Shown here one piece after another: positions 12,975-30,286 of a stretch of DNA of 64,000 nt (within the stretch, counting starts at the first letter, position 1; each line of letters opens with the position of its first letter). The position numbers and the translations under genes are program-made. This stretch comes from the human T2T-CHM13v2.0 reference genome, Homo sapiens: NCBI RefSeq assembly GCF_009914755.1, contig NC_060947.1; one strand, 5' to 3'. The notes beneath the pieces are model-generated. The model was not told the origin of the DNA. It saw nothing but the letters and a program-made list of their open reading frames with translations, and made no database searches.

Positions 12975-13350
12975 CAATAAATCAATCAACAAATATTGAT
13001 TGTCTACCTTGTGCAAGGTATCGTGGGGATTTATTGTAAATATAAACATAGTCCCTACCTCAAAAGAGCTCATAGTCTAACTGGGGGTGAGATCTGTAGA
13101 CATAAAAAGGTAATTTATAACATAAAGCAGCATATAAATGCTGAATGAATGGTGTACATTGATTGGCTTAGGGAGAAATCAACGAAGGCTTCTTGAAGGA
13201 AGGGTGATTTGAGCTGGGTTTTGAAGAATAGGTAGGCGTTACACAAAAGAGAAAAACAGAAGGTGTTGTAGGCAAAAGCAGCAGTGCCAAGGAAGAAACA
13301 CTCCCGGCCTGTTTAGGGCCTATGAGGAGATTTGCCTGGCTACAGTGGGG
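12975..13350 (-). mobile_element. L2 3' fragment
   Basis: tcaacaaatattgattgtctacc...gtccctacctcaaaagagctcatagtct...gaaggcttcttgaaggaagggtgatttgagctg. Confidence 0.75.
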
Positions 13351-13711
13351 TGCATGGATGGGACAGGCACTGCCCAAACAGACTGAGTCACCCTATTCAA
13401 AGAACCACCCAGTCCTCAGCATTGGAAGTTGGTCGCTTTCCACCCAATGGGAGACAGGTGCCTCCGGCATGTTTATCTGTGTTCGGCAAAGCAGACAGTT
13501 TCCAGCCAGGGTCTGTGGAGCTGGCAAGGGTCCCAGGGCCTCCCTGAGCCATGCTACTTAGCTCTGCCAGGGAGGCCTGGCCTCTACTGGCATCTCTGGA
13601 ACCTGTAAGCCTTAAGCAACTGCAATTCTCTTTGCATCAGGGATATGCAGAAGGGTCAGGTGGGGATAACCTGCCCCCTTGTCCCACACCCCTCCCCGGG
13701 CCATGTGGGAG

Positions 13712-14194
<483 letters not shown>

Positions 14195-14219
14195 TATGGG
14201 AGGGCTTATGACAAATGCA

Positions 14220-14580
14220 TGGCCAAGCAGAATACTCCATGCTCTGGGTATCAGTGGCTAGTTCTGGATTGAGCATGTGACCCAGGGAAACCCTGTCCCC
14301 CAAACACACACTTTGACTTTTGTTGGTGTTGCCAGAACTGAAACCTCACAAGCTGTCAGGATGAAGGAAATCTTACAGTCATGGGAGGCCTCCCCCAGGG
14401 AGGTGCCTGTCTGACAACGGAGTTCACACAGAAGGAAGTAGAGCTGAGAGAGAAAAAAGATGCCTCAAGACTTTGCTTGATCAGCTTCATCCCTTGAACT
14501 TTGAGAATATAGGAGCCAATAGAGTCCCTTTTGAGCCCATGCAGTTTGAGTTGGGAACTCACAACTGGCTCAGAGTTCTT
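14220..14580 (+). mobile_element. Highly diverged MLT1 (K/L-like) LTR fragment
   Basis: gagcatgtgaccca...cacagaaggaagtagagctgagaga...gagccaata...cagtttgagttggg. Confidence 0.45.
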
Positions 14581-14821
14581 GCCAAATCTGTGGGGCAACA
14601 TCCCTTCAGGCCCACAGGAACCAAACCTGACTAAATTCAAAGAGAGGGTTGCTCCTGCGACACCTCCATTTAATTGCTGAGCAAACAGAGGTTCCCTGGC
14701 CCAGAGCAGCTCAACTGGCCTCTCAGGCACCCTGGGGCTCCTGGGTATGACTCTGAGGTGCCACCTCTGTGATATGATCTTCACCTCTGCCATGTCCATG
14801 TCCCCTGCTGGCAGTGGCTGA

Positions 14822-15232
<411 letters not shown>

Positions 15233-15912
15233 TGAGTCTTCTCTGCCACAGCTTTCTGTTCATTCTCTTCCTCACCATTCTCTTTGTGCTCACTTATAAG
15301 GCCCACAGACTCTCTAAACCACGGAGGGCCTGTTGATTCATCCTGGATAGCTCCTGGACTGGGCTAGAAATATTACAGCTGGAGGGACAATGGAGTTGAT
15401 CCAGTCCAACCCACTCACCATCCCTATCTCGTAGAGGAGGAAACTGAGGTTCAGAGTGATTCTATCATAAGTTACAGGCTGGTCAAAGAATAGGAAAACT
15501 ACATGGTTTGGGGGAAAACTACATGGATTTGGCTTCAGAAAGCCTGTCTGGTAATTTGGGCTCTACTACACTTAACCTCTTCATGTCCATATCTCCAGCT
15601 CGAGAATGAGTTTAAATACTGGCCCCTTCCACCTCAATATGACTTTCTAAGGCCGACAGAATTACAAAATGTCAAATGCATGTGCTGGACAAAGGCTACA
15701 TGGTATTAGTGTTGTCGGTGTTACTGTTATTATTTAACAAGGCTAATCCACCAGTGAAGGGAATGAGCACACATCACGAAATTAATTATGGATGTTTTAA
15801 AAATGACTGTTTATATTGAAAGGAAGGCCTCACATTTGCCGCACAATTTCAGGATAAGTCGTGTTTTGAAAAAATATTATTATTCAGAGCTGTGTTGATT
15901 AGTTTCACTCCT

Positions 15913-15997
15913 GTTGCTAAGCAACAAGGTCCTTTGTAGCCTCTGCAGTGGTGGGTTTTGTCTGGGGTGGGGGCGGGGAAGGGGATGGGGAATAGGG
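15913..15997. promoter_or_regulatory. RFX X-box-like palindrome next to a GC-box/G-quadruplex run (motif-level call only)
   Basis: GTTGCTAAGCAAC at 15913-15925; GGGGTGGGGGCGGGGAAGGGGATGGGGAATAGGG at 15964-15997 in TE-free DNA. Confidence 0.4.
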
Positions 15998-16847
15998 AGA
16001 GGAAAGTACATTACAGTAAATTATTCTGCTGGTTCAGCCAATTCCAAAGTTGCCTCAAAAAAAAAAATCTACTTCTTAATAACCTATGTGATTATAGTGG
16101 TTGGATGAGGAAGGCCAAACCTCAGTCCAGAGCTCACCACTCATCCATGACTTGAGTTTCAGGTTTGGCAAGACTTGTGTTTACTAGCCCAGGACTGAAC
16201 CACACAGCCCAGGGTTTGCCACCACTGATGTTCATCATGGCTCAGCGAAGGCAGCCTTCCAGCCCGGGGATTAGGGGGTCGGGAGGCTATGAGGAGAGAC
16301 TGCAATGAATCAAATGATCCAATCTCATTCAATAGCTGCTGTGGCCTGCCAGTCTAATTCTACCACTTGAATGGGAGCCATCCTGGAGTAAGCCAAATAG
16401 CGTGTTTTCTGGACCAAAATGAAGACTCATGAATATTCGAAATTCACTGAAGACCCAGAACACATGACCCCAAGCAATACATGGAATTAACCTTATGGAG
16501 CACCTACAGTGTGTTAGGTGCTTTGCTGGGTTAGCTCACTGACTTCTGGCACCCACACTAGGAAGGATGTGGTAATGTGGCCACTTTGGGGACTGGGGTT
16601 CAGAGAGATTAAGCAATTTGCCCAAGGCTTTACTAGGGCAGAGCAAGGATTTAAACTCAAGTCTTTCTGTCTCTGAGTGCTATGTTCCCACTTAACTGGG
16701 CTGCCTGCCTTTACCGGTGTAAGAGGGGCTGGGAAGGGCATGAAGAGCCCATCTTGGGTTTGGATGAAGGTGGTTTGTAGCTTCTGTTAGGTTGAAGCCC
16801 GCTCAGTGGGTCTCTGATTTCATCACAGACAGCTTTATTTGTGGTAC

Positions 16848-17364
16848 TCTTCCAGTCACTATTGCTGCATAACAAATCACTCCAACTTAGTAGCACAAAA
16901 CCATACCTATCTTATTGTGCGCAAGGATCTGCTGGTCAGGAATTTAGGCAGGGTGCAGCTGGATGGTTTTTTGCTCCTCGTGGCATCTGCTGAGACCACC
17001 CAGTGGTGAGTGGGCTGGGTCTGGAGGATCCAACATGGCTCCACTCATATGTCTGGTGCCTCTGCAGGGAGAAGCTGTCACCCAGAGCATCGACATTTGG
17101 CCTCATCAGCACAGCAGTCTTGGGAAGGTTGGATTTCTTATGCGACAACTGGCTTCCCCCATAGCAACTGTCCTAAGAGAATCAGGTGGAAATTGCATGT
17201 ACCTTTCTGGCCCAACCTCAGAAATCACATGATATCACATGTCATAGTCTATGGGTTGAAGCAGTTATGAGCCCACTCAGATTCAAGGGCAGGGGAGATA
17301 GAACCTAGTTTGTTGATGGGAGTAGTATCAAAGAATTTAGGGGCCATGTTTTAAAATGGCCATA
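16848..17364 (-). mobile_element. MLT1H-like LTR
   Basis: ctattgctgcataacaaatcactcc...ggtcaggaatttaggcaggg...cagattcaaggg. Confidence 0.8.
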
Positions 17365-17573
17365 GGTACCAAGTTCCTCATACCAGTGAGAAATGGGTAC
17401 TCAAAAAACTCTGGGTGCCTTGAAAATTGCGGAAATGTATGAGCAGTAGAAATTTTGATATTCAATACTGTGAACCTCACTCGTTTTGATGAATTTAGAG
17501 GATGGCCAGTTTAATAAAAGATAGGGTTAACTAAAAGCTTTTCTTTGAGTGTTTTCAATTAATTAATTACCTA

Positions 17574-17870
<297 letters not shown>

Positions 17871-18522
17871 CTGTTTTGAGTTTTATGTTCAGATGTTGTC
17901 ATCAGCTGAGGAGTGTATCTTGCTGATGAGCTAAAGATTCATTTGTAATTAGTGGTCCTATTTGCATACTTTTAAAAACCTTCTTTCCACTGTGATCATA
18001 TTTACCATAGTGGTTTGGTTAGAGAAGCCTTTTCTCATTGTAGAAATCAAGTAAGATGATGCAGGTGAAAATTACTTTGGATATTCTAATGAGTTCTGCA
18101 AATAGGGGAGATGATGACTCTAGTCAACTTCAGTTCTGGTCAAGTTTCCAACTGAAGTGATATGTCTTAATGGATTTTATTTTAATGTGTTAATGAAAAA
18201 TGGGCCAAAGAGACGTGCATGCTGGAATTCAGAGTATTCTGAAGATGAAATTTCAGAGTTCAGCTCCTCAAACTCAAAATTCATCTCATCTGGCCTCAGA
18301 AGATTTCAGAAGGGTCACCAGGTTGCAAATATTCTTGCCTTATTTTTGTTAGAGAGAGGAAATAAGGGGCAAAGCTTTTGCCTCTGTCTTCCTAAGACTC
18401 AAGGGCAAAGGCTGTTCTAGAACCCCCAGATTCTGCCCTAGTCTTGCAGGAACTGGAGACAGAAAATTGACACAGGAAGGTGTGGGCCCTGAGAGCAGGA
18501 TAAGATCAGGCATTGAGCCCTG

Positions 18523-19075
18523 GTATGCTTCTGTTGCTATTCCACAACCCACCTCAAAACTTAATGGCTTGAATGGCTTGAAACAATGAGTCATTGTTCC
18601 TTTCAATTCTGTGGGTTGACTGGGCAGTTCTTCTGCTCCACATGGTATTGGCTGGGGTCACTCATGCAGCTGCAGTCAGCTGGGAGCTTGACTGGGGCCA
18701 GAACATCCAACCGGCCTCCCTCACATGTCTGGCACCCTAGTAGCTGGGACTGAAATGGCTAAAGGCTGGCTGGGTCTCACTTTCTCTCCCTTCGTAGTCT
18801 CCATCCCCCAGGGCCTTTCTCCCTCCACATGGCCTCATGCTCCAGCACGGCAGCCAGACCTCTTTATATGGCAGTGGGCTGCCAAGAGAACAAAGGCACA
18901 AGCTGCCAGGCCTGTTAAGGCTGAGACCTGGAATTGGCACGAGGTCACTTCCATCGCATTCTATTCATCAGAGCAAGTCACAAGGCTGGTCCAGATTCAA
19001 GGGGAAGGGAAATAAGTCTCTACCTCTTGATGGGAGTTATGGGCGGCCATATTTGGGGACTTCCACACCAACCAC
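18523..19075 (-). mobile_element. MLT1 (H/I-like) LTR
   Basis: aaaacttaatggctt...aattctgtgggttgactgggcag...caagtcacaaggctggtccagattcaagggg. Confidence 0.75.
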
Positions 19076-19164
19076 AGCTTCTAGGCTTAGATAAAGGCAT
19101 TGTGCCATCAGAAACCTCAGACCCAGCTGCTCCTTAACAGGTAACATCTCAGTTTGACCATTTG

Positions 19165-19440
19165 TTCATCCAACACCACCACAATAATAACCGTAGCTAC
19201 TACTTATATAGCACATGCTATGTACCAGTTCCTGTTCTAAAGGCTTTACATTGATAAACTTATTTAACCTTCACAATAACCCTGTCCGCTATTATTATCC
19301 TCGTTTTACAGATAGGAAAACTGAGGCTCAGAGAGTTTAAATGACTTGCCGAAGGTCACACAGCTAGTTAAGTGGCAGAGCTGGAATTCAAATTCAGGCA
19401 GATGGTTCCAGAATCTGTGCTTTCACCCATTCTGCTATCT
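19165..19440 (-). mobile_element. Near full-length MIR
   Basis: attattatcctcgttttacagataggaaaactgaggctcagagagtttaaatgacttgccgaaggtcacacagct. Confidence 0.9.
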
Positions 19441-19524
19441 TACCTCTCATTCCTTGATGCTGTGTGTCAAGCTCCACTAGAGTTGCTTAGGATATTGAGA
19501 TGCATAAGCCTATCTATGACAGAG

Positions 19525-20028
19525 ACTGTTCCCCAGTATACTACATCCCCTTCTAACATAATACTCAAACCCTGATTTTCAGGTGGGCACATGGCCACTT
19601 AGAAGAAAGATTACATTTCCCAGCCTCCTTTGCAGGTAGGCATAGACATGTAATTAAGTTCAGGCTATTGGATTACAAGTGGAAGTGACAATGTGGCTGC
19701 TTCCAAGAACCTTCCTTAAGAGATGGCTGATATTTGACCATTGCCTCCTTTAGTTTTCATCTTTTGCTGCCTGGAATGTAGATGTGATGGCTGGAGCTCT
19801 AGCCACTATCATGAACCATGAGAACAAGGGCTTCACCTTCATCAATGTTGGGATCTGGAATGGTAGGCTGAAAGGAGCCTGGGTCTCTGAGATCTTCTTA
19901 GAACAACAGCCATTTCCATGCTGAACTGTTTATCTCTAAACTTTAACACACGAGAAACTGCTCTCACGTTTAAGCCACATTGCAATTTTGAGTCTCTAGC
20001 TCCTAGCCAAACCGAATCCTAACTGATA
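19525..20028 (+). mobile_element. MLT1J-like LTR
   Basis: ttacatttcccagcctcctttgcag...ctgcctggaatgtagatgtgatggctggagc...cctaactgata. Confidence 0.75.
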
Positions 20029-21511
20029 GAGTCCCTATCCCCCAAGGAGCTCACAATCTACTGGAGCAAAGTCCATAATTATGATCAAAGCAGAGTGAAA
20101 TAAGTGGCCTAATCACAGTGATCACAATTTATAAACCAAGACTGAGGACAGGTAGCCTAAGTACAGGATTATGGGGTTGCTTCCAATTGGGAGAAATAAT
20201 CTGGAAGATGTTGTTTTGATATTGAAATACTGGAATTACTAGGACATGTACAGGGAGGTAGGGAGATAGTGTGACATTTTTGAACTTAAGGCTAGCCCAG
20301 AAAACGCAGGACAAATGATAGCTATGCAGCAATGCCAGAGCCAAAAGGAAAATGCCATGTGAGCCCTGAGGAAGGAGCAAGAATTTCTAATGAGGGAATC
20401 CTGATCAGATTCACCGAAGAAGAGGTAAAAATTTTAACTTGGGCCTGAATTTGGGGATGGCATCCTAGCAGAGAGAAGAGCAAGACCAAAGGCCAGGTAG
20501 TGTGGAAATGGATGGGGAGTTTGCAGACAGGTCCATGTGGCTCGGCAGGAGACGGAGCTGGAGAGCTTTTTCCTTCCTTGTTGGGGAGGAAAAGGCTTTT
20601 TACCCAGCTCCCTCTGGCAGGCCTCAGGTGGTTGTGTGGGCCTGGGACATTTGACACGTGATGGACAATGGGGGTCTTGGTGGCCACTCTGCTATGAGGG
20701 TATCTTTGGCCTCATGTAGCTTTTCTCATTTTGAGTTCATTTTTGGCTATGGGGTGAGATGGCATGTAGATACGCAGTTTCCTTTGCCCACTTTCTGCCC
20801 CTTGTGCCCACTGCCTAAATTAAATGTTGAAGGTCCTGATTATGGGACAAGTTAGTGCCACATCTTTCAAGTGAACAAAATGAGGAGCAGGAGCAGAGAC
20901 CGAGCCATGCCCTTGGTGCTGTTGTTCACTTACTTGGATGTGAGCAGTTTCGTTTTAAATATTGATGATCTCACTCAGCACATTCTGAGAAAGGCCCTGC
21001 TGGGAGTTGTGCAATGGAAAAAAGCTCCTAGAGCCCAAGCCTCTTTTTAAGTGCCTCTCCCCAGAAATCTTTTCTTTTGACTTGGTGAGGTTTAACAGGT
21101 TTGTGGATTAGCAGAGTAAGAATCAGCACAGTCCTGCTGAGAAGATGGCCAGTTGCCCAGAGCCTCAGTCCACAAAGCCTTTGTTAATAATCTGATGTGG
21201 AATTAGGGCAACGGATATAATAATGAGGTTCTTAATAAAACCTTTTTTCCAAGACTGGGTTTGTAAAATATTTTTGAACAATGATGATAATGCCTTAAGA
21301 CATTGGGGGAGTTGGGGCACCGGACCTGTTGAATACTGGCTTTCCAAATGTCTGCCTGCCAGGGAAATTTAAAGGGCAGACAGCCAGGATAAGGAGTCAG
21401 TAAAGGAAAGCAAAGACTGCGCCTTGAAATATTGGTGTAGATGACCCAGGAAATGCTCCTTTCCATGGCAGCCATTCACATATGCACACATTCATTCATT
21501 CACAGCATGTT

Positions 21512-22880
21512 TGCTTTTATTGAGGTGAAATTCACATAACATAACATTAGCCACTTTAAAGGGCACGATTCAGTTGAATTAGTACAGTCACAATGTTATG
21601 CAACCATCATCTTTGTCTAGTTCTAAAACGTTCTCATCACCCCAAAAGGAAACCATTGATCCATAAGCAGTCAGTCCCTATTTCCCCCTCCCGAATCCCC
21701 TGGTAACTACTAATCTGCTTTCTGAATCTACCTATTCCGGATTTTTCACATAAATAGAATCCGACAATATTTGTCTTTTTGTGTCTGACTTCTTTCACTC
21801 AGCCTGAGGTTTTCAAGGTTTATTCATATTGTAGCAGGTATCAGCACTTTATTCCTTTTTATGGCTGAATGGTATTCCTTTATGGATATACCACACTTTA
21901 TCCATTCCTCCACTGATGAACATTTGATTTGTTTCTACCTTTTGCCTATTGGGAATAGAACTGCAACGAACATTTGTGTACAAATATTTGTTTGAATAGC
22001 TGTTTTCAATTCCTTTGGGTTTATACGTAAATAGAGGAATTGCTGAGTCATATAGTAATTCTGTGTTCAACTTTTTGAGGAACTGCCAAACTGTTTTCCA
22101 TAGTAGCTGCACCATGTTACATTCCCACCATTAATGTACGTGGGTTCCAATTTCTCTACATCCTCACCAACACTTATTTTCTTTTTTTTTGAATTATAGC
22201 CACCCTATTGCATATGAAATAGTGTCTCATCATGTTTCTGATTTGCATTTCCCTAATGACTAATTAGATTGAACATATTTTCATGTGCTTATTGGCCATT
22301 TGTATATCTTCCTTGGAGAAATGTCTATCCAAGTCCTTTGCTCATTTTTAAATTAGGCTGTTTGTCTTTTTGTGGTTGAGTTGTAAGAGTTCTTTCTATA
22401 TTGTGGATACTAGACCCTCATCAGATAAGTAATTTGCAAATACTTTCCTCCCATTCTGTCATTTCACTTTATTGATTGCATTCCTTGATGCGTAAAAGTT
22501 TTTAAAATTTTGATGAAGTCCAGTTCATCTATTTTTTCTTTTGTTGCTCATGCTTTTGGTGTCATATCTAAGAATTGATTACCAAATTCAAGGTCATGAA
22601 GATTTACCCCTATATTTTCTTGTAAGAGCTTCACAGTTTTAGCTCTTACATTTAGGTCTTTGATTCATTTTGAGTTAATTTTTGTGCACAATGTGAACTA
22701 GGAGTCCAACTTTATTCTGTTACATGTGGATATCCTGTTGTTCCAGCACCATTTGTTTAAAAGGCTATTCTTTCCCCACTGCATGGCCTTGGCACCCTTG
22801 CCAAAAATCAGTTGATCGTAAGTGCATGGGTTTATTTCTGGACTCTAAATTCTATTCTATTGATCTATGTGTCTATCCTT
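21512..22880 (-). mobile_element. L1MB-type 3' end plus ORF2 C-terminal fossil
   Basis: Antisense L1; ORF track gives MVQLLWKTVWQFLKKLNTELLYDSAIPL (L1 ORF2p C-terminus). Confidence 0.9.
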
Positions 22881-24965
<2,085 letters not shown>

Positions 24966-25162
24966 CAAACTAATGAAATTTATACTGTGCTATGCAGTAT
25001 TCAATAAATATTTGCTGAATGAATGAATGAGAAATCCTGTTAGTCCTCTCACTGATACATGGTTCCCTGGGACTTTGGCAGCTTCCATTCTGGAAAGGCC
25101 AGCCTTTCAACCCCTGGAAATCTCCTACTTAGATACCAGGCTCTTCTATGGGGAGGAGATAA

Positions 25163-25482
<320 letters not shown>

Positions 25483-25796
25483 AACTTCTCTGATTTTTGA
25501 GCAGCAAGACTCTGGCAGAACAGACTGGGAGAGCTGAGGACACAGGTGAATATGCATATTGAAAATTAGCAGGGTGGGCCTTGTGAGTTAATGGCGTGGC
25601 TTTGAAGTCATCATCCACAAATTGCTCTCCAGGCCTGGTGCCTGACATTCTGCCATTAGGAATTCACTCCTCCAGTTTGAGTTTAAAAGACTTTTTCACC
25701 TTCAAGCCTCAGCCCTCCTACTGGGGCTTTGGTTTGCAACCAAACATCCTAACCGATAGAGTCGGGGGCCCATCTTTGTAGACTCCAAACCATAGC

Positions 25797-25929
25797 AACA
25801 CTGATATACTCTGAAGAGTATGTTCAGTCATGAAGGATGATCTATACCAGAGAAACAGAGTCAGGGACAGGGGTCTCAGGAGTCTCATATCCTGAATTGT
25901 GAGAACTGACTTCTCTTCCTAGACATCCA
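25797..25929 (+). repeat. Local duplication pair A, copy 1 (partner at 26441-26570)
   Basis: About 130-bp unique sequence aligning by eye at roughly 85% to 26441-26570. Confidence 0.92.
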
Positions 25930-25991
25930 CGTTGGGTCTAGTTTCCTCAGCTATAGACTCAGCCCCTTCTCTGAATACTACTAAGCTCCAA

Positions 25992-27275
25992 TGTAGCAGA
26001 AGGTATTTTCCAAAGATAACTGCAATAATATTTTGTGTCCCACAGGCTTTTCTTGAACCTTGCCACTCTTGCATCAACAGGTAAAATTTATGATCCTTAT
26101 CTTTAAACCTGTGTGGCCTTTGACCAATAGAGTGTGGTGGAAGTGATGCTATGTGATTTCTGAGGCTAGGTCATTAAATATGTAATGTACACTTGCCTTA
26201 ATACTCTATTGAGACACTTGCTCTTGGAATCCAGCAACCATGCTGTGAGGAAGCCCAAGCAACTCATGGAGAGGAACCAAAGCTCCCAGCCCACAGCCTC
26301 ATCTATGCTTCCAGCCAATAGCCAGTACCAATTTGCCAGTTGTATGAGAGAGCCATCTTGAAAGTCAAACCTCATGGTAGGCAGCATCTCAGATGGCCCC
26401 CAATGATAAGATTCCTGCCCTTGTGTAATCACCTCGCCCAAACACTGATGTATTCTGAAGAGTATGTTCGTGATAAAGGATGAACTACACCAGAGAAAGA
26501 ACCAGGGATGGAGGTCTCAGGAGTATCATATCCTGAATTATGAGAATTTACTTCTTTTTCTAGACATCCAGCTGCAGTGAGTCAGAGGAGAGATGTCTGG
26601 TCTCCCCCAAATGTAGATGGCACTGAGTACCTAGCTTCTAACAAATAGAATATAGCATAAGTGGTATCCAAGATTATATTATAAAACTGATGTGGCATCA
26701 ATCGTATCTCAATAAAGCTGGGGGAGAAAAGACTAGCTTCCATTTTGGATACTCTCTTACATGTTCTCTCTCTCTTGCATGGCTTACCTGGGGGAAGCCA
26801 GTTGCCATATTGTGAGGCAGCCCTATAGAGGGTCCCTTATGGTAAGAGACTGAGACCTGCCATCAACTACATGAGGGAGCTTGGAAGCAGATTCTTCCAC
26901 CAGTTGCACCTTCAGATGAGAACACAACTCCAGCTGACAACTGGACTGCAACTTCATGAGACACCTCAAGCCAGAGACGGCTAGATAAGAGGCACCCAGC
27001 TAAACCACACCTGCATTTCTGACCCACAGAAGCTATGTGAGATAATAAAAGTTTCTTACATTAAGCCACTAAATGTTGGAGTAATTTGTTACGCAGAAAC
27101 TGATAACTAATACAACCTTCTATTCCCTAGTCAAGGCAGCCCAGCTGATGCTGCATGAAGGAGAGACAAGATGTCCCCACTGAGCTCCATTCTAATTACA
27201 GAATTGCGAGTAAAATTAATGATTTGTTGGGGTTTTTAACCCACTAGATTTTAGAATAGTTTGCTATGCAACTAT
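25992..27275 (+). mobile_element. MLT1G/H-like LTR split by an MLT1E/F-like LTR (26374-27114)
   Basis: Outer LTR stops after gccatcttgaaagtcaa and resumes near 27115; inner LTR ends taataca; TSD acctc/acctt. Confidence 0.75.
26441..26602 (+). repeat. Compound inserted copy: 26441-26570 from 25797-25929 plus 26571-26602 from 31099-31130
   Basis: Direct alignments; 19-bp exact core agtgagtcagaggagagat shared with 31104-31122. Confidence 0.85.
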
Positions 27276-27307
27276 GGTTTACTTTTTCTTATTGAAAGCT
27301 CCACGAT

Positions 27308-27618
<311 letters not shown>

Positions 27619-27920
27619 AGCTTCATGACAGGTGCTAGGAAAACGAAGCAATAAACAAAGCAGGCCCAATCTTCTTTCATCCACTATAGCCTAGTGTGTT
27701 AGTCTGCTCACATTGCCATAACAAAATACCACAGACTGCAGGCTTAAACAACAGAAATTTATTTTCTCACAGTTTTGGAGTCTAGAAGTTCAAGGTCAAC
27801 ATGTTGTCAAAGTTGGTTTCTTGTGAGGCCTCTGTCCTTGGTTGGTTGGCGGCTGTCTTCTCTCTGTGTCTTCACATGGTCTTCCCTCTGTGCATGTCTG
27901 TGTCCTAATCTCTTCTTAAT

Positions 27921-30286
27921 ATTATTTTTTTATGTTGCCCAGTGATATGGTTTTGCTGTGTCCCCACCCAAATCTCAACTTGAATTGTGTCTCCCAGAAT
28001 TCCCATGTGTTGTGGGAAGGACCCAGGGGGAGGTAATTGAATCATGGGTGCTGATCTTACCTGTGCTATTCTTGTGATAGTGAATAAGTCTCATGAGATT
28101 TGATGGGTTTATCAGGGGTTTCTGCTTTTGCTTCTTCCTCATTTTTCTCCTGCCACTACCATGTAAGAAGTGCCTTTTGCCTCCTGCCATGATTCTGAGG
28201 CCTCCCCAGCCATGTGGAACTGTAAGTCCAATTAAACCACTTTTTGTTCCCAGTTTCGGATATGTCTTTATCAGCAGCATCAAAACGGATTAATACAGTA
28301 AGTTGGTACCAGTAGAGTGGGGCATTGCTGAAAAGATACCTGAAAATGTTCAAGTGACTTTGGAACTGGGCAACAGGCAGAGGTTGGAACAGTTTGGAGG
28401 GCTCAGAAGAAGACAGGAAAATATGGGAAAGTTTGGAACCTCCTAGAGACTTGTTGAATGGCTTTGACAAAAATGCTTATAGTGATATGAACAATAAGGT
28501 CCAGGCTGAGGTGGTCTCAGATGGAGATGAGGAACTTGCTGAGAACTGGAGTGAAGGTGTCTCTTGTTATGTTTTAGCAAAGAGACTGGGGACATTTTGC
28601 CCCTGCCCTAGAGATTTGTGGAACTTTGAACTTGATGATTCAGGGTATCTGGCAGAAGAAATTTCTAAGCAGCAAAGCATTCAAAAGGTAACTTGGGTGC
28701 TGTTAAAGGCATTCCATTTCAAAAGGGAAACAGAACATAAAAGTTCAGAAAATTTGCAGCCTGACAATGTAGTAGAAAAGAAAATAACATTTTTTTTTTT
28801 TTGAGGAGAAATTCAAGCTGGCTGCAGAAATTTGCATAAGTAGCAAGGACCTAATGTTAATCCCCAAGACCATGGGGAAAATGTCTCCAGGCCATGTCAG
28901 ATACCTTCACAGCAGCCCCTCCCCATCACAGGCCCAGAGGCCCAGGAGGAAAAAGTGGTTTCCTGGGCTGAGCCCAGGGTCCTCGTGCTGTGTGCAACCT
29001 AGGGACTTGGGGCCCTGTGTCCCAGCCACTCCAGCAGTGACTGAAAGGAGCCAATGTAGAGCTTGGGCTGTGGCTTCAGAGGTGGAAACCCCAAGCCTTG
29101 GCAGCTTCCACGTGGTGTTGAGCCTGCAGTTACAGAGAAGTCAAGAATTGAGGTTGGAAAGCTCTGCCTGGATTTCAGAAGATGTATGGAAATGCCTGGA
29201 TGTTCAGGCGAAAGTTTGCTGCAGAGGCAGGGCCCTCATGGAGAACCTCTATTAGGGCAGTGTGGAAGGGAAATGTGGGGTTGGAGCTCCCACACAGAGT
29301 CCCTACTGGGGCACTGCCTAGTGGAGCTGTGAGAAGAGGGCCACCATCCTCCAGACCCCAAAATGGTAGATCCACTGACAGCTTGCACCATGCACCTGGA
29401 AAAGCCACAGACACTTGATGCCAGCCTGTGAAAGCAGCCAAGAGGGAGGCTGTACCATGCAAAGCCACAAGGGCGGAGCTGCCCAAGACCATGGGAACCC
29501 ACCTCTTACATCAATGTGACTTGGATGTGAGACCTGGAGCCAAAGGAGATCATTTTGGAGCTTAAAAATTTGACTGCCCCACTGGATTTCGGACTTGCAT
29601 GGGCCCTGTAACCCCTTTTTTGGGCCAATTTCTCCCATTTGGAATGGCTGTATTTACCCAATACCTATACCCCCATTGTATCTAGGAAGTAACTAGCTTG
29701 CTTCTGATTTTGCAGGCTCGTAGGCAGAAGGGACTTGCCTTGTCTCAGATGAGACTTGGGACTGTGGACTTTTGAGTTACTGCTGAAATGAGTTTAGACT
29801 TTGGGGGACTGTTGGGAAGGCATGATTGGTTTTGAAATGGGAGGACATGAGATTTGAAGGGGCCAGGGGTGGAATTATATGGTTTGGCTGTGTCCCCATC
29901 CAAATCTCAACTTGAATTGTATCTCCCAGAATTCCCACATGTTGTGGGAGGGACCCAGCAGGAGGTAGTGGAATCATGGGGGCTGGTCTGAGAGCTGATG
30001 GGTTTATCGGGGATTTCTGCTTTTGCTTCTTCCTCATTTTTCTCTTGCTGCCACCATGTAAGAAGTGCCTTTTGCCTCCCGTCATGATTCTGAGGCCTCC
30101 CTAGCCATGTAGAACTGTAAGTCCAATTAAACCTCTTTTTGTTCCCAGTTTCAGGTATGTCTTTATCAGCAGCATGAAAACGGACTAATATACCCTGGCT
30201 GGAGTCAAACTCCTGGGTTCAAGCAATCTTTCTGCCTCAGCCTCCTGCATAGCTGGGACTGCAAGCAAACATCACTGTGCCTGGCC
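27921..30286 (-). mobile_element. FLAM monomer split by THE1A (27921-27942 and 30193-30286)
   Basis: tatgttgcccag | gctggagtcaaactcctgggttcaagc...; TSD ctaatctcttctta/ctaatctcctctta. Confidence 0.8.
27943..30192 (+). mobile_element. Full THE1A-like MaLR element: 5' LTR 27943-28297, internal 28298-29874, 3' LTR 29875-30192
   Basis: Two homologous LTRs (tgatatggttt...taataca) around a 1.6-kb THE1 internal region with a broken MaLR ORF; TSD cccag/ccctg. Confidence 0.95.

Noticed and set aside
15493-15532. 20-bp tandem duplication ggaaaactacatgg(t/a)ttt; similar small ones at 8528, 37262 and 50491-50532
   Set aside because: Ordinary slippage duplications without spacers; not CRISPR-like and with no functional cue.
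28394-29638. Several 80-136 aa ORFs in the THE1 internal region
   Set aside because: Frameshifted remnants of the MaLR internal ORF, not a host gene.
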